Origin: Candidatus Vampirococcus lugosii
GTDB taxonomy: Bacteria > Patescibacteriota > Gracilibacteria > Absconditabacterales > Absconditicoccaceae
NCBI RefSeq assembly: GCF_018420025.1
Contig: NZ_JAEDAM010000099.1
Location: 1 to 12,758, forward strand
Direction of reading: 5' to 3'
DNA length: 12,758 nucleotides
The number at the start of each line of letters is the position of its first letter. Position 1 is the first letter of the stretch. Below are positions 1 through 7,805 of this stretch, one piece after another. The notes under the pieces are model-generated. The model saw nothing but the letters and a program-made list of their open reading frames with translations. It did not search any database and was not told the DNA's origin. The position numbers and the translations under genes are program-made.

Positions 1-178
1 TTAAAATATATTTGTTTAAAGTATCACTAAAAATCAAAAACTATCTAAAATTTAATATTGATAATAGTGTTAAATTTATTATATATCAATATAATTAGTA
101 AATTAAATTGAAATAAAAGTTTTTATTATTATACATATATCAATTTATACTATATTTAAAAAAATATATTTATATAAT

Positions 179-1408
179 ATGAAAAAAATTTGAATAATAT
201 GATGATGAGCTAGTTGAATTATGTTAAGTGCTAGTTTGATTGAAAACTGATTTGATGGAAAAATTACTATTTTTGAAAAAAATAATAGACTTTGAAGTAA
301 AGTTCTTATTAGTGGGGGAGGTAGATGTAATATTACTACTTGAATTACTAATAAAAAAGAATTTATTTCAAAATATCCTCGTTGACAAAAATTTGTAAAA
401 TATTATTATGGAAAATTTTGACCAACTAAAGTTTATGAACGATTTCAAAAACAATGAATTGAATTAAAAATTGAAAAAGATATGAGAGTTTTCCCAAAAT
501 CAAATTCTTCAAATGATGTTTTAAATATATTTTATAAAATTTTTGAAAAAAATAATGTTGATATAAAATATCAAACTGTTGTAAATAATATAACAAAAAC
601 TTGAAATATTTTTAAAGTTTATACTCAAAATAAAATTTTTGAATTTGATAAAATAATAATATCAACTTGATGAAATGCATATTCTCATACTTGAAGTAGT
701 TGAGATGGTTATTCTTTTGCCAAAAATTTTTGACATAAAATAACTAAATTATGACCAAGTTTAAATAGTTTCAAAACAAAACAAGATTTTACCAGTATTT
801 CATGAATTTCTTTTCAAGATTGATATTTCAAATATAATTGAAAAAATATTTATTGATCAATATTATTTACTCATTTTTGAATTACTTGACCTGCTACATT
901 TATTTTATCATCAAATTCAAGTTTTGAAAAAATTACTGAAAAAACTCCTTTGAAAGTGAAATTTATAGCAAATAAAAATTATGATTATATTTTTTTGGAA
1001 AAATATATTTTGGAAAATATAGAAAAATTTCCTAGGAAATATATAAAAAATATTTTGTATAAACTGTATCCAAATAAATTTGTAGATTTAATATTAAGTT
1101 TTTTATGAATAGAATCAGAAAAAAGAGCTTGTTATTTATCAAAAGATAAAAGAAAATTAATAAGTAATAATTTTTGAAATTGATTTGAAATTGATTTAAT
1201 ATCAAGAAAAGCTTGAGATGAATTTGTCACAGCTGGTTGAATAGAACTATGACAAGTTGATATAAATACTTTGGAAAGTAAATTAATATCATGACTTTAT
1301 TTTGTATGAGAAATACTTGATGTAGATTGATATACTTGAGGTTTCAATCTTCGGTGGTGTTGGGCAAGTGCATACTGTTTATGAAAATCTAAAAAATTAT
1401 GAGAATAA
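179..1408 (+). CDS. NAD(P)/FAD-dependent oxidoreductase, HI0933/YhiN/BaiN-like flavoprotein (409 aa under code 25)
   Basis: ATG at 179, TAA at 1406-1408; open only if TGA is sense. The N-terminus MKKIGIIGGGASG carries the dinucleotide-binding GxGxxG at 188-217, with every Gly of that motif encoded by TGA. The family signature ISGGGRCNITT is present. The C-terminus reads [40 protein letters not shown], as in this family. My hand count is about 36 in-frame TGA versus 8 GGN codons. Confidence 0.85.
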
Positions 1409-1502
1409 AGTTAATTAAAAATACTTTTTTCTATTATGATAATGTATATTATAATAATAGAATAAGGGGGTAAATTTTACAAATAAAAACTTTTAAAAAA
1501 TC

Positions 1503-1530
1503 TTGAATATATTTTTTATTTTTATATAAT
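1503..1530 (+). promoter_or_regulatory. Candidate sigma70-type promoter upstream of trmD (TTGAAT-16 nt-TATAAT)
   Basis: TTGAAT at 1503-1508 and TATAAT at 1525-1530, 43 nt upstream of the trmD ATG. Such hexamers arise easily by chance in sequence this AT-rich. Confidence 0.3.
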
Positions 1531-1573
1531 ATTTAATTAATTTATATTTTTATTAAATTCTTAATATTTATTT

Positions 1574-2257
1574 ATGAAATTTCATATAATATCAATTTTT
1601 CCAGAAATTTTTGAAAATTTTTTTTCTACATCTATAATTTGAAAATCTATAGAAAAAAAAATAATAGAAGTTTCAATATATAATCCTAGAGATTTTACTT
1701 ATGACAAACATAAACAAGTAGATGATGAAATTTACGGCAATTGAGCCTGAATGTTGATAAAAGCAAAACCTATTATTGATTGTGTAAATAATATTCTTGA
1801 AAATATAAAAAATAAAACTTTTGTTATTATTTATCTTTCTCCTAGTTCTATACAGCGAAACCAAGAATTAGTAAATTCTTTTTCTATATCTTATGAAAAT
1901 ATAATATTAGTAAGTGGTAGATATGAATGAATAGATTATCGTTTTGAACAATATTTTACAGATAAATATCCAAATAATTTTTTCAAAATTTCTATATGAA
2001 AATATATAATGATGTGATGAGAAGTACCAAGTATGATTATTATTGAATCAATTTCAAGATTAGTTCCTTGAGTTATTAAAGAAAAAGATAGTGTTTTTTA
2101 TGATAGTTATTCTATAAATGAAAATTTAAATAATTTGGAACATCCTCATTATACTAGACCAATAAATGTTTATGGTTATTCCGTTCCAGATATATTAATC
2201 TCTTGAAATCATAAAAAAATACAAGACCGAAGAGATCAAAATACTAAAAATATTTAA
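1574..2257 (+). CDS. trmD: tRNA (guanine37-N1)-methyltransferase TrmD (227 aa)
   Basis: MKFHIISIFPEIFENFF... parallels the TrmD N-terminus (xxFxVITLFPEMF). DDEIYGNGAGM matches DDRPYGGGPGM (TGA at 1742 and 1748). GRYEGID has TGA at 1928. SIGKYIMMGGE, PHYTRP and LISGNH are also present. There are 9 in-frame TGA, all at positions that are Gly in TrmD. Stop TAA at 2255-2257. Confidence 0.93.
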
Positions 2258-2279
2258 TTTTAATTAATATATTATTTTA

Positions 2280-3077
2280 ATGTGATATTGAATAGCTTTG
2301 AGTTGATGAGCTGCAAAATGAATTGCTCATATATGATTTATTAAATATTTACAAGAAAAAAAAATTAAAATAAATGAAATTTCATGAACTAGTATGTGAT
2401 CCATAATTGCTTCTTGTCTTGCTTTAAATATGCATTATAATGAAATGTATAATTTAATAAAAAATATTAAATTTATTAAATTAATAGATATAAATCTAAA
2501 AACTTGATTAGTTATTTGAAATAAAGTAAAAAATCAATTAAAAAAAATTTTTTGAAACAAAAAAATAGAAGATTTAGATATTCCATTGTATATAATAGCT
2601 ACAAATTTAGATACTTGAGAAAAAAAAGTTTTTAATTCTTGATATATAGTAGATGCAATTATGGCAAGTATTTCATTACCAAGTATTTTTAAACCATATC
2701 AAATTTGAAATATAAAATATATTGATTGATGATTAACAGATAATTTATGAATATCGCCATTAAATAGTAAAAATATATTAGCATTTTCAGTAATTAGATG
2801 AGATAATAATCCTATATTAAATAAGAAAAAGTTTTTAAATTTTGAACTTAATAAATCTTTTTTTAAATATAATTATGAAATATTATATAAATCACTTAAT
2901 ATAAATCTAAAATCAAATGAAGATCTAAATATTGATATAGCAAAACTAAAATGATCTAATGTTATATTAATATCTCCTGATTTATCAAAATTTGAATTTT
3001 ATGATTTTTATAAATATGATGATTTAATAAAAAAATGATATGAATCTATAAAATCAAATTTAGAATATAATTTATAG
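2280..3077 (+). CDS. Patatin-like phospholipase (265 aa)
   Basis: MGYGIALSGGAAKGIAHIGFIKYL provides the oxyanion-hole GGGxxG-type motif. GTSMG is the GxSxG nucleophile elbow (2385-2399, both Gly are TGA). YIDGGLTDNL provides the catalytic Asp-Gly-Gly. Stop is TAG at 3075-3077, the only TAG stop in the window. Confidence 0.85.
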
Positions 3078-3080
3078 TAC

Positions 3081-3116
3081 ATAAAATTTTAATTTCTAAT
3101 TTTATTTTTTTCTTTT
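3081..3116 (+). terminator. Possible intrinsic terminator of the patatin gene (A/T-only hairpin plus T-run), embedded in the 3' codons of the convergent response regulator
   Basis: ATAAAATT (3081-3088) pairs with AATTTTAT (3098-3105) across a 9-nt loop, followed by TTTTTCTTTTT. The stem is 8 bp with no G:C pair, so it is thermodynamically weak. Confidence 0.25.
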
Positions 3117-3760
3117 TCAATTTTGTATCAAAATCATTTTATTGTTTCTATCAAATGTTTATAAGTTTTTTTTCTAATATTTGATATATAAACATCCAAT
3201 TTATCATCACTTTCAAAAACACTTTCTTCTCACCAAATATAATCTATAATTTCAGTTCTAGAAACAACTATACCAATATGTTTTACTAAATATTCCAAAA
3301 TTAAAAATTCTTTATTTGTAAGATTTATTTTTTCTCAATTTTTTGTTACTTTATATTGACCTAGAAATAATTCAATATTTCATATTAAAACACTTTCAAT
3401 TTGATTAGACCTTTTTAATAAATTTTTAATTCTAATATAAAGTTCTTCAAGTTCAAAAGGTTTAACCAAAAAATCATCTGCTCATGTGTCAAATCCTTCT
3501 TTTTTGTCATCTAATTCTGATTTTGCAGTAGTAATTATTACAGGAATATCACTAATATTTCTTACATGATCAAGAATAGATATTCAATCAAATCAAGGCA
3601 ACATCCAATCAAGAACTATTAAATTATATTTTGAATTTTCAAAACTATCAATAGCTTCTTCTCAATCCAAAATCCGTTCAACTTTATATCATTTATTTTT
3701 TAAATAAACAGATATAGATTTTCATATTATTTCATTATCTTCTACCAACAATATATTCAT
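3089..3760 (-). CDS. OmpR/PhoB-family DNA-binding response regulator (223 aa)
   Basis: The reverse strand gives MNILLVEDNEIIGKSISVYLKNKGYKV...NLIVLDWMLPGFDGISIL (receiver domain with phospho-acceptor Asp in LDWMLPG). It continues ...TAKSELDDKKEGFDTGADDFLVKPF. The winged-helix part reads LTNKEFLILEYLVKHIGIVVSRTEIIDYIWGEES...LDVYISNIRKK...IETIKGFGYKI. WG is encoded TGG-TGA (3235-3230). Stop TAA at 3089-3091. Confidence 0.9.
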
Positions 3761-3776
3761 TGTAATTAATTTTTAT

Positions 3777-4994
3777 TTATTTAAATTTAATAGTAAACTT
3801 ACTCCCCTCTCATTCTTTTGAATCAAGTTTTATTTCAAAATTTAATACTTGTATTATTTGTTTTACTATATAAAGCCCCAATCAATAACTTTGACAATCA
3901 TTTCTACATGCATCTTGTTGATAAAAACTTTCCCATATTTTTTCCAAATTTTCCTTTTTTATTCATAATCAATCATCTTTTACTTCAATTTTTTCATTAT
4001 CAAGATTTATATAAATATTTCAATTTTCTTGTGTATATTTAAAAGCATTTTCCAATATATTTTTGAATAATATTTCAAACAAGATATTACTTGTAAAAAT
4101 TTTAATATTTTCTTCTATATTTATATGTAGTTTTATCTTTTTATTTGAATATAAATTACTTAATCTATCAGATATATTATAAATAATTAAAGAAATATTT
4201 TCTTTATTTTTTTCAAAATTATTTTGAGATTGCAATTTAGATAATAATAATAAATTTTCTACTATTTTATTCATATTTAATATACTATGTTTTATTCATC
4301 TTTTTGTTTCCAAATCATCTATAATATCAGCTTGTGCAAGTATTTCCATCAACGGAGTTTTTAATTCATGAGATGCATTTGATATAAAATCTTTTAATGA
4401 TCTCGTTTGATTATCTATTTTTTTCATTGCATTATTTATACTTTCTGCTACAATTTTTATTTCATCATCATCAGGACCTTTTACTTTAATATAAGTATTT
4501 AAATTATCTAAATCAATTTTTTTAGTTTGTTTTACAAGTAAATTTAATCATTTAAGAGAAGATTTTACAAAATAAAAAGATACAAAATAAACAATTATCA
4601 TCATAAATATAATAACATACATAGACACCATTAATAAACTGATTTGTGAATATATATAATGAGTTATATTTGAATAATATACTCTATTATTAATTATAGA
4701 ATACAAAATATAATTTCAATTTATATATGAAATATTTAAAAAAATTCTATTTTCATAAAGAGTTCTTGCTATAAAAGCATTTTGTCTTATATCCTTTATA
4801 GGATTCATACTTCTGTGTTGTCTACCAAATCAGATATTATCAAAAATTGTTCCTCTTTCTTCCAACCTAGCTTTACCTTTTTCGTACCATTGATAAAAAT
4901 AAAAAAGATTTACTATTAATCAAAAAAGTATTAATAATAAAGATGTAAAAAATGTAAATTTTAAACTTATTTTCGTAGATGTTTTTATATTCAT
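3777..4994 (-). CDS. Membrane sensor histidine kinase, HisKA/HATPase_c type (405 aa)
   Basis: Two hydrophobic segments (FTFFTSLLLILFGLIVNLFYFY and ISLLMVSMYVIIFMMIIVYFVSFYFV) flank a loop of about 100 aa. The H-box is FISNASHELKTPL, the N-box is LENAFKYT, G1 is DDGLGI (3960-3977, both Gly are TGA) and G2 is GLGLYIVK. The gene ends 16 nt before the response-regulator ATG, so the two are probably an operon. The track ORF 4020-4274 is an in-frame fragment of this gene. Confidence 0.9.
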
Positions 4995-5051
4995 AATAAT
5001 CTTATTTATAAAGATCTAACTTAAATAAAACTAAATTTTATTTAATTATAC

Positions 5052-5204
5052 AAAAAAATCCAAAGAACCGTGGTACTTAAATTACCTATATCCTTAAAAA
5101 ACACAAAGTGGATAGCTCGACCATAGCCTAAACTATGATATACCGTCTTCCTATATTAAAATATTTCAAAGAGAATAAAGATAAGTTCACCAATTCCTTA
5201 GATT
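5052..5204 (-). ncRNA. Candidate structured ncRNA of unknown family (rod-like fold, 6S-like architecture), or alternatively a long imperfect inverted repeat
   Basis: This is a GC-elevated island in otherwise A/T-only intergenic DNA, with no usable ORF in any frame. On the minus strand, 5'-AAGGAAUUGGUGAACUUA (5199-5182) pairs with UAAGUACCACGGUUCUUU-3' (5079-5062) at 15 of 18 positions, including 3 G:U. A second helix (5181-5172 with 5085-5094) pairs at 9 of 10 positions, including 2 G:U. An apical hairpin is CAUAG/CUAUG (5137-5122). The 3' end runs into U7 (5058-5052). The G:U pairs would be C:A mismatches on the plus strand, which favours the minus orientation. Confidence 0.35.
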
Positions 5205-5345
5205 AATTATATTTTTTATAATATTAATATAATATTTATTTTCAATAGATAATTATATTTTTCATATATATACTTATATAATTAAAATATATTATATTTC
5301 AAGCTTATATTTTATTTAAACTCATCTTTGTAGAACAAAATTTCT

Positions 5346-5370
5346 AAATCCTTGATTTAGACAAGGATTT
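5346..5370 (-). terminator. Perfect 9-bp stem-loop, possible intrinsic terminator
   Basis: AAATCCTTG (5346-5354), a 7-nt loop, then CAAGGATTT (5362-5370). On the minus strand it is followed by AGAAAUUUUGUU. It lies about 66 nt downstream of the doubtful small ORF 5437-5625. Confidence 0.35.
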
Positions 5371-5436
5371 GCAAGAAAATAAAAATATGTCATTTAACTC
5401 TTTTATCTTTCTAATGAAATACTGGTCTTATTTCTA

Positions 5437-5625
5437 TTAAATTCTTAACATAATCAATCAACATAATCTCATTTTTATATTTTTTGATTTTGGAGGCAAT
5501 TCAGAAAGATTAGCTATATTTCTATGTTTTACTTTTTTTGTATCTTTATCTCTAAAAGATACAACAAGATTAATGAGTGACATAAGTTTTTCAATTATAT
5601 TTGCGAGTACTTTTTTAATAAACAT
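5437..5625 (-). CDS. Doubtful small hypothetical protein (62 aa), possibly a decayed gene remnant
   Basis: ATG at 5625, TAA at 5437-5439: MFIKKVLANIIEKLMSLINLVVSFRDKDTKKVKHRNIANLSELPPKSKNIKMRLCGLIMLRI. I see no recognisable motif. The antisense plus frame is also open but lacks an ATG. An adjacent minus frame continues as EIMLIDYVKNLIEIRPVFH*, which hints at a frameshifted remnant. Confidence 0.22.
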
Positions 5626-5785
5626 ATTATAATTATTACCACTTAAAACAATAAAAGATAAAAAATAATATAATTATAATGAAAAAAATCATAATTTCAA
5701 GAGAAAATACAATAATACTCGCCACTACAAAACTAACTATTTTTTGTTTACAAAGATGAGATTAAAACAAATACTTAATTTAAAC

Positions 5786-5814
5786 TTGCAAAAATATATA
5801 TATTTATGTATAAT
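5786..5814 (+). promoter_or_regulatory. Near-consensus sigma70-type promoter (TTGCAA-17 nt-TATAAT) for the orphan gene cluster
   Basis: TTGCAA at 5786-5791, an exact 17-nt spacer, and TATAAT at 5809-5814, 37 nt upstream of the ATG at 5852. It is followed by an (AT)7 tract at 5813-5826. Confidence 0.45.
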
Positions 5815-5851
5815 ATATATATATATTTATATATAATAAAATTATATACTT

Positions 5852-7159
5852 ATGAATATAAATACAAACATAAATAATATTAACGAGGAAAATAATAAAA
5901 TAAATGAAAGCGAATTATCAAAAATAGAATGAATATCAAAAAAATCTATAATGGATATATTAAATATAAAAAATATAAATGAACTTTCTACAGATGATTT
6001 TTTGTATTATTTATCAACATTAGATTGAGAGTATAATGAAAAAATATTTAATGATATAGATGAAAGATTTTACAAATTAATTTCAAAATTTGATAATATT
6101 CATGATAATTCAAATGAAGAGAGATTTGAATATGATTATATTGATTTTGAAGAAATAAATAAACTTATAAAATGACTTGCAAAAATATGAATAGAAAATT
6201 CAGAATATAATGAAAAAGTAAAACAAATAGATAATTTTTTATTTTTAACATCTAGATTATGATTTTCATTCAAACATATTATGTATAATCCATCAGATGT
6301 AGAAATGCATACTTTATTTACTAGTATAAAAGAATGAGAAGAAAAATGAATAGATTTTTTTGATATAAGATTAATTTTTGCAAAATATAAAAATATTTTA
6401 AAGAAAATAGTTGATAAAAAACAAAATTGAAGATATAATTTTGAAGAATATTGAAATTTTTTTGAAAATATAAATAACTTACTAAATGAAGAAAATTCTG
6501 TTGATGATATGAGTAAATATGATATTAGAGAATATTTGGATGAACTTAGATATTTATGATTAAAACGGACCTTGGATGTAGATTTTGAAAGATCTATTAT
6601 AAAAGATATATGACCATATACACGAACTAATATATTGTATAGACTTAATGAAGCAAGAGAAATTTATTGATTAGATGAAAAATGATTTGATATTGATGCT
6701 CTTGAACAAAAGTTTTTAAGTTCTAAAAAAAGAATTTATATAGAAAACTTTAAATCTAATTTTGAAATAATAAAACTAGCACCTACTATTGGTAATATTG
6801 AGGGTTTTTTATCAAAAATAGATTATTATGAAAAAGAACTTCTTGCTGATAATGAAAATGAAGATTTAAATAAAGATATAATTTCTATTTTAAATAAATT
6901 TAGAGCTAATATAGCTATAATAAATTATTATACTATTTTTGATGAAAAAAATAATGAAATAAATCAAGATGATTCTAAAGAATTACTTGAAAGTTTTGAA
7001 AATGAATTTAAGTGATGTTTTAAATCATTTCCAGACAGAAAAGATTGTACTAATTTAAAAAATATAGAAAATGTATTATGAGAAATTAAATATTGAAATG
7101 AATCTGATATGATAAATATTTTTAATAAATCAATGCAAATTTTGAAACTTAAAAAATAA
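5852..7159 (+). CDS. Hypothetical protein, 435 aa, no recognisable domain (orphan A)
   Basis: I verified codon by codon that 435 codons are uninterrupted under code 25, in sequence where TAA/TAG occur by chance about every 13 codons. It begins MNINTNINNINEENNKINESELSKIEGISKKSIMDIL and ends with TAA at 7157-7159. It is rich in D/E/K/N and probably largely helical. It contains many in-frame TGA. Confidence 0.8.
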
Positions 7160-7179
7160 ATTAAATTTATTTGATTTTC

Positions 7180-7188
7180 TGATATAAT
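7180..7188 (+). promoter_or_regulatory. Extended -10 element TGaTATAAT
   Basis: tgatataat at 7180-7188 matches the TGnTATAAT consensus, 120 nt upstream of the ATG at 7308. There is no convincing -35 element. Confidence 0.22.
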
Positions 7189-7307
7189 ATACTAATCTAA
7201 TTATTTAATATCTTTATAGATGCAGAAGATTAGTAATTTTTTTATTGATTTTAATTCAAAAATCATTAAATTATATGTTAAGATTTAATTTTTACAAATT
7301 ATAATTT

Positions 7308-7805
7308 ATGAAACTTTTTAAAAGAATTCTTAATTCATTTTTTCCTGATGAAATAGTAAATCAACCTATAAATCCTATTAGTATGTTTATATCTTTTATT
7401 TCTGCAAAACAATTCTTTTCTGTTGTAAATAGGAAAATAATAGAAAATTATAAATTAAATTTATTTGATATATCTTTGGATAGTTTTGATGCTAAATTAT
7501 GATTTGGTAAAAGTTCTATGGTTAAACATAAAGAAATAGAAAATTATTATTCATATTGAGTTGTAAGTAATTTTAATGGTTATAAATTTTATTCTTCTTC
7601 AAATATATGAAGTTTAATATCAATGGTATGTAGTATTTATACTAAAGAAGTTTTTAAAAAATATGATTACAAATATTTTTTTAATTTTTTATTAACTGTT
7701 TATTATTTGCATTTTATTTTTATTTCTAGAATTAAAGTTTTTCCATATGATAATGAAAAGCAAAATTATACTTGGTTTGTAAATGTTTTTTTTTGAATAT
7801 TATAA
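7308..7805 (+). CDS. Hypothetical protein, 165 aa (orphan B1); may be the 5' part of a single gene interrupted at a T9 run
   Basis: This extends track ORF 7308-7502 through in-frame TGA codons to TAA at 7803-7805: MKLFKRILNSFFPDEIVNQ...YFFNFLLTVYYLHFIFISRIKVFPYDNEKQNYTWFVNVFFGIL. The last 23 nt overlap the next ORF. Confidence 0.6.

Noticed and set aside
1-98. Possible 3' end of an upstream plus-strand gene (frame 3 is open for 32 codons and ends with TAG at 96-98)
   Set aside because: By rough estimate, 32 stop-free codons have about an 8% chance of occurring at random here. There is no motif and no start within the window, so the call is not supportable.
173-178. TATAAT hexamers abutting start codons (173-178 before the ATG at 179, 7300-7305 before the ATG at 7308, 9527-9532 before the ATG at 9545), as promoters of leaderless mRNAs
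   Set aside because: TATAAT is expected frequently by chance at this AT content. The first two are too close to the ATG for a normal transcription start upstream of the codon. The idea is not supportable without transcript mapping.
1464-1470. Shine-Dalgarno-like AAGGGGG in the intergenic region before trmD
   Set aside because: There is no ATG, GTG or TTG start within 5-12 nt downstream. The following frames hit TAA almost immediately. No other gene in the window uses an SD.
1673-1864. Track ORF (63 aa, minus strand, standard code)
   Set aside because: It lies antisense inside trmD, which has strong motif support on the plus strand. The peptide is low-complexity Ile/Asn/Phe with no motif. 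It is an artefact of AT-rich sequence.
3818-4042. Track ORF (74 aa, plus strand)
   Set aside because: It is antisense to the C-terminal catalytic domain of the histidine kinase, where the G1 and G2 boxes read clearly on the minus strand. It is spurious.
5052-5204. Assigning the GC island to a known RNA family (tRNA including tRNA-Gly-UCA, SRP/4.5S, tmRNA, RNase P)
   Set aside because: I found no T-loop (GTTCRANYC) or D-loop pattern with a cloverleaf. There is no GGAA-tetraloop or AGCA helix-8 motif of SRP, no GAGGAAAGUCC of RNase P, and no tRNA-like CCA end for tmRNA. A TTCAA string at 5165-5169 lacks flanking anticodon-stem complementarity. The element is kept only as an unclassified candidate.
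5679-5765. Small plus-strand ORF MKKIIISRENTIILATTKLTIFCLQRGD (28 aa)
   Set aside because: It is too short, has no motif and lies in the promoter-proximal non-coding hub. It is indistinguishable from chance.
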